A DNA stretch of 64,000 nucleotides from Centroscyllium fabricii (Eukaryota), in NCBI GenBank assembly GCA_051313645.2, contig JBNRSN020000005.1, positions 264,988,001 through 265,052,000 of the forward strand. The letters are read 5' to 3'. Below are positions 47,458 to 60,553 of this stretch, piece by piece (positions within the stretch are counted from its first letter, which is position 1; each line of letters begins with the position of its first letter). The notes beneath the pieces are model-generated. The model was not told the DNA's origin and made no database searches. It worked only from the letters and a program-made list of their open reading frames with translations. The translations under genes and the position numbers were made by a program.

Positions 47458-48777
47458 TACCAAGTCTAAGATGGCCTGATTTCTAGTTGGTTCTCTGCAT
47501 ATTGGATCAGGAAACCATCCCATATACGCTCTAGGAATTCCTCCTCCACAGTATTGTTACTTACTTGGTTAGCCCAATCTATATATAGATTCAAGTCACC
47601 CATGATAACTGCTGTGCCCTTATTGCACTCGTCTCTAATGTCCCATTTAATGCCATCCCCAACCTCCGCATTACTGTTAGGGGTCTGTATACAACTCTCT
47701 CTAAAATTTTCGGCCCCTTGGTATTTCTCAGCTCTACCCATACAGATTCCACCATCCGAGCCAATATCCTTCCTTACTATTGTTAATCTCCCAACCAGCA
47801 AACCACGCCTCCTTTTCCTCTGTGCCTGTCCTTCATTCCTGGATGTTGAATTACCAGCCTTGGTCACCCTGGAGCCATGTTTCCGTAATCCCAATTATCT
47901 CACATCCGTTTAGATCTATTTGTGCAGCTAATTCATCCACCTTATTATGAATGCTCCTTGCATTCAGACACAAAGCCTTCAGGCTTATTTTTTTTAACAC
48001 TTAGTCCTTTTAGAGTTATTATTTACTGTGGCCCTGTTTGATTTACACGCATGATTTCTCTGCCTTCCAGTCCTGTCTTTGTTTCTATCCTTGCTTCCCT
48101 TTCCTCTGTCTCCCTGCACAGGTTCCCAACCCCCTGCCATTTTACTATCTCCAAAATACTACCTCTACTGTATTCTACACTTACTGGTGCTGATTAGAAC
48201 AAAGTGCAATGATCCACACCACCTGAGATTATTTTTAGCCTTGTCAAAACTGAACTGAATCTATTTTTCCATAGTTTGAAAATGTAAGGGTTAAATTCTA
48301 AAGGAATCTTATAAATGGAAAACAGAACAATGGATCTAGATCGCTGCTTCTAAAGTCTAAGTTATTAATTGTTATTGTTGGACTCTCTACAGCCTCAGGA
48401 GTGGAAAATTCCTCAACTAGGCAGAGGCTTACTTACCCTCCAGCTTTGAACTGACGAACCAGACCTCTTCCCCAGTTTATAATATCTCCCCTCCAGTCCT
48501 CCATGGTTTCCTTCTGATTTTGTTGCTGCATTTGTTCAGGAATGATTTCCTTTTGCTTGAAGTTTGAAAACTTTGGTTTGGGCAAGATCTCTTTTTTTTC
48601 TTTTTTCCTGTATCTTAAGGAAACTCTCTTGCCTCTGCTAACTTTAAAACCTCCCAGTAACACCAGTTCTTCATTGACTTTTCCAGCACTATTGAAATTT
48701 TTTCCCCTCTTGCCACTGCTCCCACTTTCCCTTGGTCTGGATGTATAATCTGTCAGAGGGGAGGAATGATGCCAATA

Positions 48778-49113
48778 CAGGTACACAACCCTTTATCCGA
48801 AAACCTCGGGACCAGGCGGGTCTCGGTTTTCGGATAAATACGGTTTTTAGAGTTGGCCCCAGTGCACATGTGCAGATTGCATGCGAATGCACATTTCCGT
48901 GTTTGCAGCCCAGCTCGCAGTCGGGGAATGGCAGATCGGCCGTCTGCGGGGGGGGGCGATCGGCCGTCTGCGGGGGGGGGCGATCGGCCGTTTGCTTCCT
49001 CAGCATGGCGTCAACAGCACGAGATCGGGACAGGAACGTGTTTTTTCTGCTGCAGCTTCTATTTATTTAAGAAAAACGTTTTTTGGAGTTGCGGATAAGG
49101 GATTGTGTACCTG
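48778..49113. mobile_element. Tigger/pogo-like MITE, same termini as 7966-8505
   Basis: TA|CAGGTACACAACCCTTTATCCG ... CGGATAAGGGATTGTGTACCTG|TA; internal 24-bp repeat GATCGGCCGTCTGCGGGGGGGGGC. Confidence 0.85.
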
Positions 49114-49373
49114 TACTACCCCACCAGTGCCACTGCTGGGACCAGAGCCAGCAGTGCACTCATTCACTTCTATTGAGGCATGGGAGCGGTGGGCAAGCCC
49201 TTTAGAGTCTACCCATATATACAGCGGGACCTGACGAGAGGAGAGCGGAAGACTGAGACCAGCTGTGTCTCCCTTCTCAGCAAGTGAGGGCCTGGGTTCA
49301 ACGGCAGCTGCCTCTGTCGTCACACAAACGTTCGGGTGAGCGGAGACACGAGGTCAGAGTCTGGACCAGAGTT

Positions 49374-49498
49374 GAAGAAAGGTCATCGACCTGAAACGTT
49401 AACTGTTTCTCTCTCCACCGATGCTGCCTGGCCTGCTGAGTTTCTCCAGCATTTTCTGTTATTTCAGATTTCCAGCATCTGCAGTATTTTGCTATTAT
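49374..49498 (+). mobile_element. Short Penelope pLTR insertion
   Basis: 9-bp TSD ACCAGAGTT (49365-49373, 49499-49507); same sequence family as 17160-17256 and 47063-47160. Confidence 0.8.
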
Positions 49499-49729
49499 AC
49501 CAGAGTTTCCAGCTTTCTCCACTCGATCCCACCTTTACGCGATGGTGTATTTTTCTTTAAATCCTGGACTATGCCAGACCCCCCTGAAACCCTCTTGCAG
49601 ACCTGCTGTGAACCCCTGCTTTAGACCAAATGAAGAGAAGAGGAGAGGCCAGATAAATAGTGAAAAGAAAGATACTTGAATTTCCTATAGAATAAAATAT
49701 ACCATAACTTGGCTTTTTTTTGCGAATAG

Positions 49730-49844
49730 TTTGCTAACAGAAGCTGATGCTGGTCACACAGAATTTATTGATGAAGTTTATGAAAATAACTCCAGCTATC
49801 CTGGAGCTGAATGGAAAGTAGCAGAGGAGCCTTACACTGATCTG
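49730..49844 (+). CDS. MYOF: Ferlin exon SLLTEADAGHTEFIDEVYENNSSYPGAEWKVAEEPYTDL
   Basis: aatag|...CTG|gtgcgt; 115 nt, phase 2 to 0. Confidence 0.93.
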
Positions 49845-50771
49845 GTGCGTATTGTAATATTTTCAGTGTCTGCATTTATTGCACTAGAACCATCTGTGAC
49901 ATAAAATCATGCAATCGAGGGAAAGCCATCAACCAAGAGTGTAGTTTGAGAGTTCTCTTGCACAGTGGTGTGTTCTCCATCTACAGTTGGATAAGACTTG
50001 GTAACATTTAAAGTAATATTTCAATGTCATAAACTTATTAATCTGCTTTTATTTGAATTGGCGTTTTTGTTACTTTATTACGTAGGGAACCTGGATGTGT
50101 TGCTAGTCTGGCATGGGTGTAAGTTCAAACTCTGATTTGAGTAAGCGTGCTCTCTGCAAAAACCATGCAACCCACACGTGTACTTTTTCTGGCCCCTGCC
50201 ACTGGTGGTGTTAATGATTTAACGATCCCATGAGCTCTTCAACTCTTGCAGTCATTTGAAAATGTGACACTTTAGCAGACTGTGAATAGATCCATACATT
50301 TATTACAGATTTACAAGCTGCTGCACCACCCTGTGCAGTGTTACTGGGCCAGAAGAGATGTTCATACCAAGAACACAAATACTGTTACAGGTGTACCTGT
50401 GTACACTTTCTTTCATTCAAAATATTTTCCCAGAATACTAATGACAGACCTTGGGGCAGCATTACTTGTACTCCCAGACAGTGTTGCTACCTGAGGCTTG
50501 GCCATTTGCAAGCTGAAATTTAAATGCCAAGTTGACAACTGCTTGAATCAAGCGCTCAAACCATTTGCCAACAGATAGCCTAATGCAATTTCTGCAAGTC
50601 TTTCTGTGTGCTTGGTTACCTTTTTGTATTATGGTTTTCTTATTTCATGCTTTCAAGAAATCACTAACTTGAAGTCAACTTTTGTGACTATACAGTTTAC
50701 TAACTATAAGGCTGTTTCTAATCCTGTTTAGTTAAGAGTTCCTTAAGGTTTGCTTTTATTTTCTTTAATAG

Positions 50772-50874
50772 AATGGTGAAAAGTCTTCGTCCAAAGAGGA
50801 GATTGAGATTCCACGTGGCTGGCATTGGGTGGGCGAGTGGGAGTATGATGTCAATCGAGCTGTGGATGAGCAAG
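50772..50874 (+). CDS. MYOF: Ferlin exon (inner DysF) [34 protein letters not shown]
   Basis: taatag|...G|gtgatt; 103 nt, phase 0 to 1. Confidence 0.9.
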
Positions 50875-52631
50875 GTGATTTTTGATATCAACCTACTGTT
50901 GTATGTGGGGAAGATGTTTAATTGTTCCAGGCTGGATTTTTTTAATGAATTTCTTCTCTTCCCGCTTCTCACCTCAAACATTTATTGGAAGAAAAAAGGG
51001 GAGAAAGAGTTTATCTCTCACTGGTGTCCATCCAAAGTAGCAACAAGCTATTTAAATTTTTTTATTTTCAACCCAATCTTTATAATTTCCTTTCATCACT
51101 TTGCAATAGTTTCAAAAATGGTAATATTGAGATGTAACCATATCTTAGTTCAGACACCTCAATAATGTTCCTCCTCAAAATTGATTTATTGATTAGCCTT
51201 ATTGATGGGTCAAGTGCCATCCTTTTCAATATGCTGCATCCTCAATTCTGTATAGGTGTTTCACCTGTTCAATGTAAATGTTGTACTTTTTAAGACAGGT
51301 GTTGCATTTCTTAACACTGCTGACAAACTTTAATTAAAAGATCATTTTGTGCCTGTTTTGGTGTGTAAGCCAAATGCTTTGATCTGTTTACTAGATAATG
51401 TTGTGAAGTAGTTGTGTAGGATGTCTTGCTGGCTAAGGTTGGGCAGAGCATGTTTCTGTTGCCATTCATTGCATCTGGACAAAATGCAGCTGGTCTTGGA
51501 TACTGAGTGTAGAGCTAACCACGATAAAACCCAAACTCCGATTGTTGGTGGGAATTTTTGGAGGGCTGCTCACAATGAGTTCAAGTTTATTGTCACATGT
51601 ACTAAATACAATCTAGACAGTGAAACGCTTACTGCGATCCGAACGCACCGCACAACAAGGACATTAAGCTGCCTGGCACGCACGAGCCCGCAAGACGTCA
51701 GCCATTCTCCGGCGCCATCATAGTGGGTCCCATTCCTGCTCCAGCTACTCAGTTTGATGTTAATTGTCCTCTACCGCTCCGTTAACTTGCTCTGCCGCTG
51801 TTTCTTCCGTTGTTTTCTTGACTTGACTCCTTTCAGCCCGACACCATGCTGTTCCCCTGAATCCATGGAGCTCCGAACTCCAGGAGTAACACTGAAACCA
51901 TGAGGCATTGAAAGTACTTACTGACACAATTATGCTGATGTGGTGAAATGTTTATAAATCGAGTTAAAACTCTAATCTTGGTCTTGTAGAAATCAACAGA
52001 TTTCTAGCAAAAACAAGGTCCACACAGGAACAATTCAAAAATAGGTCTTTACTCAATGCCAGTGTCGAAGGGACTGCCTCGGCAGCCCTGTGCCCAATGT
52101 GGTGATGTCATCACGTTGGCCCACGTTTTCCCATGCTCTTAAAGGGGCCATGCCCCGTATATACAAAGAATACATTTACAGTACAATGATACCTAACACC
52201 ATGGTCGATGTCCAGCTGGTATTAGGACTTTGTATATATTTGGGGTGTACATAATTCTCTAACTATCAGACAGTGGACCTGCCACAGTCTGATCGGAAAA
52301 ACCCTAAGCAGCCTCTTGGCCTAAATCTGTATTGGAAATAATTTTTTATGGCATGTTCTGCTTTGCTAAGCTTTTTCTAAATATAAAATTGTACATGCAG
52401 CATTCCAGAGATGTGTTGGTGCCCAAAATAGAAATATTGGGTGCTCGTCTCGCACTAGCCCAGGAACTAGTGATTAATTAATCTTGCTGTACCTGTTCAA
52501 CTGCTTAAAGCATCAATGGTTTGGAGCTGATAAATTTAACAAATGATTCTTCTGCCATATGTGTTTGACTGACTTTATTGAGATTTTTGATGAGCTAAGA
52601 TTGGGTGGATGAGAGCAGTGCAGTTGATATT

Positions 52632-53743
52632 GGCCCAGAAATTGCAGTGGAGCCTTCGTGTGGGTGCAGTACCTGCTTAACGCACTTGAACTGCCCATAT
52701 TCAGTTTTGCTTTTTTGCACTCCGAAATTGCAGTTAGCCCAGCCTGTCTGAGCTCTCTGCGAGTTTCATGGGCATCTGAAGGGCGTAATTCGTGCAAGAT
52801 GGCTTTGGCAGGCAGGTGGTCTCAAATCAGTGGAACCAATTCTCCGTTCAAAACTTCCACAGAGAAATCTGTGCAAGTTCTGAAAGGAGAGATTGCCCAA
52901 AAGACATCTAAACTCAAAAATAAAAATTTTAAAACACCACTTTTTTAACATTACCCCAACTAACACAACTAACCGATTTTAAAGAAAAAATAAAAATTTA
53001 CAGAAAAAAATGTCAACTTTCAACAGGTCTAAAAAAAAATACTTACCTGTCTTTAAAGTTATCAAAAATTAAAAACCTGAAAAAACATTTAAAATCAAAA
53101 AGAAACATAGGACCAGGCCATTCGGCCCTTCGAGCCTGCTCCGCCATTCAATGAGATCATGACTGATCAGCCAAACCCAGCACCCCGCCCGCTCCCCTTA
53201 TCCCCATCGAGCCTGCATCGACACATATCCCACCCTATCCCCATAACCCCACATATTCAATCCCCCGAACACTAAGGGTCAATTTATCATGGCCAATCAG
53301 CCTAACCTGCACATCTTTGGACTGTGGGAGGAAACCGGAGCACCCGGAGGAAACCCACGCAGACACGGAATGTGCAAACTCCACACATAGTACCCGAGGC
53401 TGGATTTGAACCCGGGTCTCAAGTGCTGTGAGGCAACAGTGCTAACCACTATGCCACCGTGCCGTAAAGTACACACTTGCCAGATAAAAACAGCTACATA
53501 CGACTGCTTTTTCCCAGCATATTAAATCCTGGTCTTGGTCCGTAGAAAAACTAAATCGGAATGTCTGGGCGCAACCCGTAGTTCGCTGCTTCCTGCGCTG
53601 GACCTCGCAGGAACTCCAACCCCCCCAGCTGGCCAGCATAGGAAAACCTTAAGCAGCGCTACCGGCTGCTTCCTGCGGGTTTAAGCTCTGGTGCGCTCGC
53701 ACCGAGCTTAAACCCGATATGGGCAGACTGGAATTTCTGGCCC
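52632..53743. mobile_element. Non-autonomous PIF/Harbinger-like element containing an HE1-like SINE (53101-53464, minus)
   Basis: ATT|GGCCCAGAAATTGCAG ... CTGGAATTTCTGGCCC|ATT, 14/16 TIR, 3-bp TSD. Confidence 0.7.
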
Positions 53744-53746
53744 ATT

Positions 53747-55490
53747 GTGAATATGGACATTCAAAGGGCATGTGATGAAGTGCCACATATTAGGCTTGTT
53801 AGCAAAGTTGAAGCCCATGGGATAAAAGGGGCAGTAGCAGCAGGGATGCAAAAAGGGATAAAAAACTGTTGTGGTTTTGGACTGGAGGGCAGTGTACAGT
53901 GGCGATCCCCAGCGATCAGCACTAGTACTGCTGGTGTTTATGATGTACATTTAGTGACTTGGATTTGGGGGTACTTGGAAGTGTAGTAAACAGTGAGAAA
54001 GATAGTTATAGACTTCAAGAGGATATAGACAGGCTGGTGGAATGAGTGGACACGTGACAGATGAAATTCAATGCAGTAAAGTGTGTGGTGGTGCATTTTG
54101 GTAGGAAGAATGAGGAGAGACTATTAAAACTAAATGGTACAATTTTAAAGGGGGTGGAAGAAAAGGGACACCTAGGTGTTTGTGCACAAATCTTTGAAGG
54201 TGGCAGGACAGGTTAACAAAGCAGTTAATAAAGTGCAGGTCGGACACCGTTAATCCAGCACCGGCGGGAACAGGCCAGTGCCGGACTAGTGAAAAATCCG
54301 AACGATTGAAGCTTCAGCGAGCGCATGCGCAGACCATTCAAAATGACTGCCGTGCACGTTGGTGGCCATTTTGAATTGTCTGCGCATGTGCTCGGCGAAG
54401 CCTCAATCATTCAGGGAGAGGCCCGGGCATGCACAGCCAAGTGCAGTGGCCATTTTGCGCATGTGCAGACCAGTCGGCCGGATTAGTTCCGGACTACTGA
54501 AGTTTCCGGATTAACGGTACTGGACCTGTTTATGGGATCCTGGGCTTTATAAATAGAGGCATGAGTATAAAAGCCAGGAAGTTATGCTAAACTTGTAGAA
54601 AATACTAGTTTGACTGCAGCTGGAGCATTGTGTCCCATTCTGGGCACCACACTTTAGGAAGGATGTGATGGTTTTGGAGAGGGTACAGAAGAGATTTCTT
54701 AGAATGGTTCCAGGGATGAGGGATTAGACTGGAGAAGCTGGGGTGGTTGTCCTTGGAGCAGAGAAGGTCAAGAGGAGATTTGAGATGATCATGAAGGATT
54801 TAGAGTAAATACAGGAAACTCTTCATTATCCGGCACCTAAATATCCGGATTTCTCTTAGCCGGCAAAATTCTCATCCGAAAACACCACCTCAATAACCAG
54901 CAATGTTGCTGAGTCCCGAGTCTCCTGTGGTGGCTGAGTTAATCAGTGGCGGTAGTTCTCCAAACTGCCACAATCCACATCCATGTAACACAACATTCTG
55001 TAGGTGAATACCCAATTACTGTACACTGCACATTTCTTGATTTTTTTAAATTTTTCTTTGTTTAAAAAAAAAAAAAAAAAGCCTCTAGATAACCCTCTCC
55101 GTTATCCAGAAATTTTGATAAACCGGCAACACGCCGGTCCCATCGTTGTCGGATAATAGTTTCCTGTAAAGAGAAACTGCTTCCAATGGCTGAAGGGTTG
55201 ATGACCAGAGCGCACAGATTTAAGGTGATTGGCAAAAGAACCAGAGGCGACATGAGAAAAAACTCTTTTACGCAGCGAGTAGTTAGGATTTGGGATGTGC
55301 TGCTTGATCGGGCGGTGGATACAGATTCAATAGTGGCCTTCAAAAGGAAACTGGATAAATACTTGGAGAAAAAAATTGCAGGCATATTGGGAAAGAGTGG
55401 GGGGTGGGACTAACTGGATCGCTCTTCGAAAGAGCCGGCACGGACTCGGTGGATAGAATGGCCTCCTGTGTTCTACTGTTGTATGATTCA
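53747..55490 (+). mobile_element. Degenerate CR1 LINE interrupted by two MITEs (54236-54528 and 54812-55166)
   Basis: Decayed RT and 3' segments; MITEs have CAGG...CCTG termini, and the second is TA-flanked. Confidence 0.75.
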
Positions 55491-56821
55491 TATCTAACCC
55501 AGATGATTTGGCATGGGGGAAATTTACCCAAAAATTACTGAATTGAACTGAATTCAAGGAAGTGCTGTTGAATAGCATCCTTTTATTGAAGGGAGCTAAT
55601 GCACCAATTCTGGTGGGATTTGTTTTAACCTGCTGCTACTCAACGTTTGGTTGTGAATCATGCTTTTTATTAAATGGTAGAAATATATAAGTGGGATCAA
55701 CTGTTGTGTGTTGGCAGTTGTAATGTATCCGTGAGGGCTGTGTGGCACACTGGCTGTAGCTCTGAAGATTTTTCCTTTGAGTGTTTATCCATTTCCCTTT
55801 TGAAAGTTACTATTGAATCTGCTTCCACTGCCCTTTCAGGCAATGCATTCCAGATCATAACTTGCTGTGTTTTCTGCAACAACAAAAAAAAACAATTATC
55901 CTCATCTCGCCTTTGGTTCTTTTGCCGATTTATCCTCTGGTTACTGACCCTCCTGCCATTGGAGACATTTGAATTGCTGTATTAAATCTCCCCTTAACCT
56001 TTTCTGCTCCAAGGAGAATAATCCCAGCTTCTCGAGTCTTTCTTAAAAAATGTTATGGGATGTGGGTGTCGTTGGAAAGGTCAGCATTTATTGCCCATCC
56101 CTAATTGCTCTTGAAGGTGGTGGTGTGCCGCCTTCTTGAACTGCTGCAGTCCTTGTGGTGAAGGTACTCCCACCGTGCAGTTGGGGAGGGAGTTCCAGGA
56201 TTTTGACCCAGTGACTATGAAGGATCGGTGACCTATTTCTAAATCAGGATGATATGTGACTTGGAGGGGAACTGTCCCAAAGGAAACTTGCCAGATTCAC
56301 TAATGCCAGAAAGACCAATAGCAAATCTGACAAGCTTACTCTGGAGCTGCCACTGGTTGCGCACGTCAGGAGCTGCCAGCACTGGCATGGCTCAAACCAA
56401 ACCGTATCCGAACAGCTACAGGTGTTACAGTACAGAACCCCACTCAAGTTTGTTTCTCTTGTTTTAAAAGGTGCAGATTTTTCTAATTTCTAAAAAAAAA
56501 TTGTGCTTCTCAGATTGGGTAACAAATCACAGGATATGTCATGGTCTGTCATGCTGTGACAAATCAATAACCTTGGTTTTACCTCCTACACCGTAATTCA
56601 TAATTAAGTTCACTTATCACATTTTGTTATACTCTCCTGAAAAGCGTGGGAGACACAATCTGCAGAGTTGCTTTCACCCTCCTAATACCATGACTAACAT
56701 GATTGAATAACTCTGCTTTCCAAATTGTGACTTTTGAAACTTGCTACTGTTTCGAAGTTGTTGGTGAGTTTTATCCATTTTGTGTCTTTTTCAATTTTTT
56801 TTCCCCTTCTATACATTGCAG

Positions 56822-56964
56822 GTTGGGAGTACGGAATAACAATACCCCCAGATGACAAACCCAAATCCTGGGTCTCGACAGAGAAAATGTATCATACCCA
56901 CAGGCGTAGGCGCTGGGTGCGACGGCGTAAGAAAGACAGTCAGCAAACTGAACTGCCATCAAAG
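56822..56964 (+). CDS. MYOF: Ferlin exon (inner DysF-C) [48 protein letters not shown]
   Basis: tgcag|...AAG|gtgtgt; 143 nt, phase 1 to 0. Confidence 0.94.
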
Positions 56965-57353
56965 GTGTGTTCTGACGGACTGTAGAAACCGTTTGAAAGT
57001 TGCAACAAGCAGTAAAGCGATGTCAAAGCTGCCTATCGTGCTGCAAGGGTTTGGGTGTGACCCCAAAGCTCTTGGATTGTCGAAATAGTCCATTGAAATA
57101 TTTCTCCTAGAAATCCATTTTTGTTCCATGACTTTGGATTGCTTTCCCCTCTGACCCCCTCTGTCTGTGAAACTTGTACATTCATGTAATTAGTTACATT
57201 ACTGGTTGTGTGCCTTTAGCTGCGGAAGCCAAGTTAATTCTAGTGATAAAACCTAAAATAGCAACAGCAGCTTATCGGCACCGTGCAAGTATTGTTGATC
57301 TGTTGCTGATATTTTGCCTTTTCTGTTGGCTTTGACTTGCTTCCAACTTGAAG

Positions 57354-57527
57354 AGCAAATCGCCTGACCAGGGTTCCGAAGGGTGGGAATATGCATCTCT
57401 GATTGGCTGGAACTTTCACTTCAAGCAGCGGAAATCAGATACTTACAAACGCAGAAGATGGAGGAGAAAAATGGCCCCATCTGGACGACTTGGGGCTGCA
57501 GCAGTCTTTAAACTCGAAGGTGCTCTT
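57354..57527 (+). CDS. MYOF: Ferlin exon (outer DysF-C) SKSPDQGSEGWEYASLIGWNFH...RRRWRRKMAP...FKLEGAL
   Basis: ttgaag|...CTT|gtaagt; 174 nt, phase 0-0. Confidence 0.9.
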
Positions 57528-57639
57528 GTAAGTATTGGGATTTCTTCTTTAAAATGAGGTAACACCTTCTCTGTCTGTGAAACTTGCATATTCTTGTAGT
57601 TAGTTAAATTACTGGATGGGGTCGTACTAGATAGTGTCT

Positions 57640-58953
57640 TTGTAGTGTACATTAATGATTTGGATATGAATGTAAAAGGTATGATAAGTAAGTTCACAGA
57701 TGACATGAAAATTGGTGGGGTGGTAAATAGCAAGGAGGGAAGCCTCAGTCTGCAGGACGCACAAACACAGAAGATAGGAGCAGGAGTAGGCCATTCGGCC
57801 CTTCGAGCCTGCTCCGCCATTCAATGAGATCATGGCTGATAATCCAAACCCAGCACCCACCACCTACCCTCTCCCCATATCCCCCGATACCCCCAAATCT
57901 AAGAACTATATCTCACACACAGTCATGGGCAATTTTTTTTTGTATCTCCAATTCACCTAAGCTGCATGTCTGAGTGGTGGGAGGAAACCGGAGTACCCGG
58001 GGGAAACCCACACTAACACGGGGAGAACATGCAAACTCCACGCAGAGTTCCCAGGCCAAGCAGGATTCGAACCCAGGAGCTCCTTATTGCGAGGCAGCAG
58101 TGCTAACCACTGCCACCGTGACGTTATAGATGGGTTGGTCAGATGGCGGGGGAACAGTGGCAAATGTAACTTAACCCTGAAAAGTGTGAGGTGATGCATT
58201 TTGGGAGGACTAACAAAGCAATAACGATGACCCTGGGAAAGACAGTGGGACCTTGGTGTGCATGTATGTATACATAGATCCCTGAAGGCAGCAGGACAGG
58301 TGGATAAGGTGGTTAAAAAGGCATATGGGATAATTGCCTTCATTAGCTGAGGCATAGAATATAAGAGCAGGGAGGTTATGATGGAGCTGCACAAAACGCT
58401 GGTAGGTCACAGCTGGAATACTGTGTGCAGTTCTGGTCGCCACACTATAGGAAGGATGTGATTGCTTTGGAGAGGGTGCAGAGGAGATTCACCAGGATGT
58501 TACCTGGGCTGGAGCACTTCAGCTATGATTAAAGACTGGACAGGCTGGGGTTGTTTTCCTTGGAGCAGAGAAGGCTGAGGGGGGACCTGATTGAGGTGTA
58601 CAAAATTATGAGGGGCATAGATAGGGTAGATAGAAAGGAACTGTTCCCCTTAGTAGAGGGGTCAATAACCAGGGGGCATAGTTTCAAGGTCAGGGGCAGG
58701 AGGTTTAGAGAGGATTTGCGGAAGAACCTTTTCACCCAGAGGGTGGTTGGAATCTGGAACTCACTGCCTGAGAGGGTGGTCGAGGCAGGAACCCTGAACA
58801 TTCAAGAAGCATTTTAGATGAGCACTTGAAATGCCACAGCATACAAGGCTACGGACCAAATGCTGGAAAATGGGATTAGAATAGACAGGGCTTGATGGCT
58901 GCCACGGACACGATGGGCCGAAGGGCCTCTTTCTGTGCTGTATGACTCTGACT
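57640..58953 (+). mobile_element. Degenerate CR1 LINE with an HE1-like SINE inserted (57761-58120, minus)
   Basis: YINDLD...ISKFTDDMKIGG and FSLEQRRLRGDLIEVYKIM. Confidence 0.85.
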
Positions 58954-59368
58954 CTGGATCGGGAACTGTTCTCAAAGGTTAACTTCTAATCTGTTAATTT
59001 GTGCAATTTTTTAAAATCAATGCAATTTTCTGTACTTGGTTTATTCCATGTGATGTCTGATGTAATACTTTATTGCAAACAAAAACTTTTATTCAGCTTT
59101 CTGAGGATCTGGTGAGCTGTACAACAAGGATTATTGTGTTGCTTCACAGCCATTTAAGCACAAACAACATTTCGCGATGTTCACTGTAGTTGTAACTGGT
59201 GTATTCCAGGATTTGTGGGTTTAGATTTGCGTTTGAATTATGTAATGCTTTCAAAGTTTGGCATGCCTTTGTGTGATGTGGCTATGGAGTGGAGCTGTCT
59301 GGGTGGGGGGGGGGGGGGGGGAATAAATGACCCTAAAGAGATTGTTTGTGGTTTGTTGTCTTTTTAAG

Positions 59369-59459
59369 GCTCCAGCTTCTGGTGAGGATGGTGATAAATC
59401 ACCAACTACAGAATCTGTGTTCGGAGCAAGTGCCCCCATGATCTCCTGTGTGTTTGACC
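59369..59459 (+). CDS. MYOF: Ferlin exon APASGEDGDKSPTTESVFGASAPMISCVFD
   Basis: tttaag|...C|gtaagt; 91 nt, phase 0 to 1; resembles MYOF VFGANTPIVSCNFD. Confidence 0.85.
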
Positions 59460-59906
59460 GTAAGTAAAACCTTACTGCTCTGAGCACCCTGCCACAATGC
59501 CGTAGACTATCTTCCACCAGTAGCTGTGTGGAGGAGTAAAGGCTGATCTTCCTGTGAAATTATTCACCAAAACTATTGATGTCTTCCACTAACGACTCAA
59601 TGCTGTACTCATTGTGCCTCCCCCATCACTGCCTCCTCTTCTCCCCCCCACACCCCCCACCGCACCATTACCCTGAAATCGGTCTTCCTGTTTTTTCCCA
59701 ATTTGTAATGATGTTTTAAAGCTACTGTATTTACCGTGGTAGATATTGAATAAAAATGTGTATTTTAAGCACTAGGCTATTCCCATTTACTTTTGCTCTT
59801 CAATTTATATACATGTTGCTGGAAGGAGGCATTGAGTCAATGTTTTGGCAGTGGCTACTGAAGTGTGTGTGTGTTTAATTTGTAACCGGGGCATGCATTC
59901 ACACTA

Positions 59907-60212
59907 CAGGTTGAGCACCGGTAATCTGGCACCTTCAGTGGTCCGGCACAAATTAAAACCGGCAACCTTCAGTTTTCGGAGCAGCTGCTCAGTGGCGTCA
60001 CCGTTTCCCGCGAAGGGTGGGCGAATGCCGAAGGCGTCAGACATTTGGGTTTCTGGTTTTTTTTAAGGCTTGCAAGTGTTCTACCCTGGGCTCCCTCCCG
60101 GGGAGTGTTCTACCTGCGCCCTCCGGGCTCCAGGGAGTGCACTCCCCCGAACCTTCAGTGGTTCGGAATTTTCAGTGGTCCCGAGGATGCCGGATTACCG
60201 GTGCTCGATCTG
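59907..60212. mobile_element. MITE of the 5465-5817 family
   Basis: TA|CAGGTTGAGCACCGGTAATC ... GGATTACCGGTGCTCGATCTG|TA; internal sequence homologous. Confidence 0.85.
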
Positions 60213-60475
60213 TATAACTGTCGTGCTGGTGTGAAGCAACTTCACTTTGCAGCAGTATTAGTTATCATGTAAATGCTGGCTGAATCTAGAGTTGGGGCTT
60301 GACTAGCCAGTGGAGCAAAGCAGGGTGGGGCTCTCCAGAGGAGGAGCTTTTTTTCTGCTTCACTTCAGTGTCAGTTTGGGCCTTCACACTGGATTAACAC
60401 TTCACACCGACACTTAATTTGAGAGCGTAATCTAGACTAGAGCACCCTTTTGGTAATGCTGGTGTTTTGTTCCAG

Positions 60476-60553
60476 GGCCTTTAATCTATCACCTCCGTTG
60501 CTATGTTTATCAAGCAAGAGCCATAGTTGCGATGGACAAAGACAGCTTTTCAG
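60476..60553 (+). CDS. MYOF: Ferlin exon (C2D start) [26 protein letters not shown]
   Basis: ttccag|...G|gtatgt; 78 nt, phase 1-1. Confidence 0.93.

Larger units (their letters stand above)
44500..48140 (-). mobile_element. Long degenerate CR1 LINE with nested MITE
   Basis: Decayed endonuclease (VIMGDLN) and RT segments; tail shared with HE1-like SINEs; left and right ends approximate. Confidence 0.85.

Noticed and set aside
51986-52201. Possible solo LTR containing GTGATGTCATCACGT
   Set aside because: TG...CA ends and a TSD could not be placed consistently.
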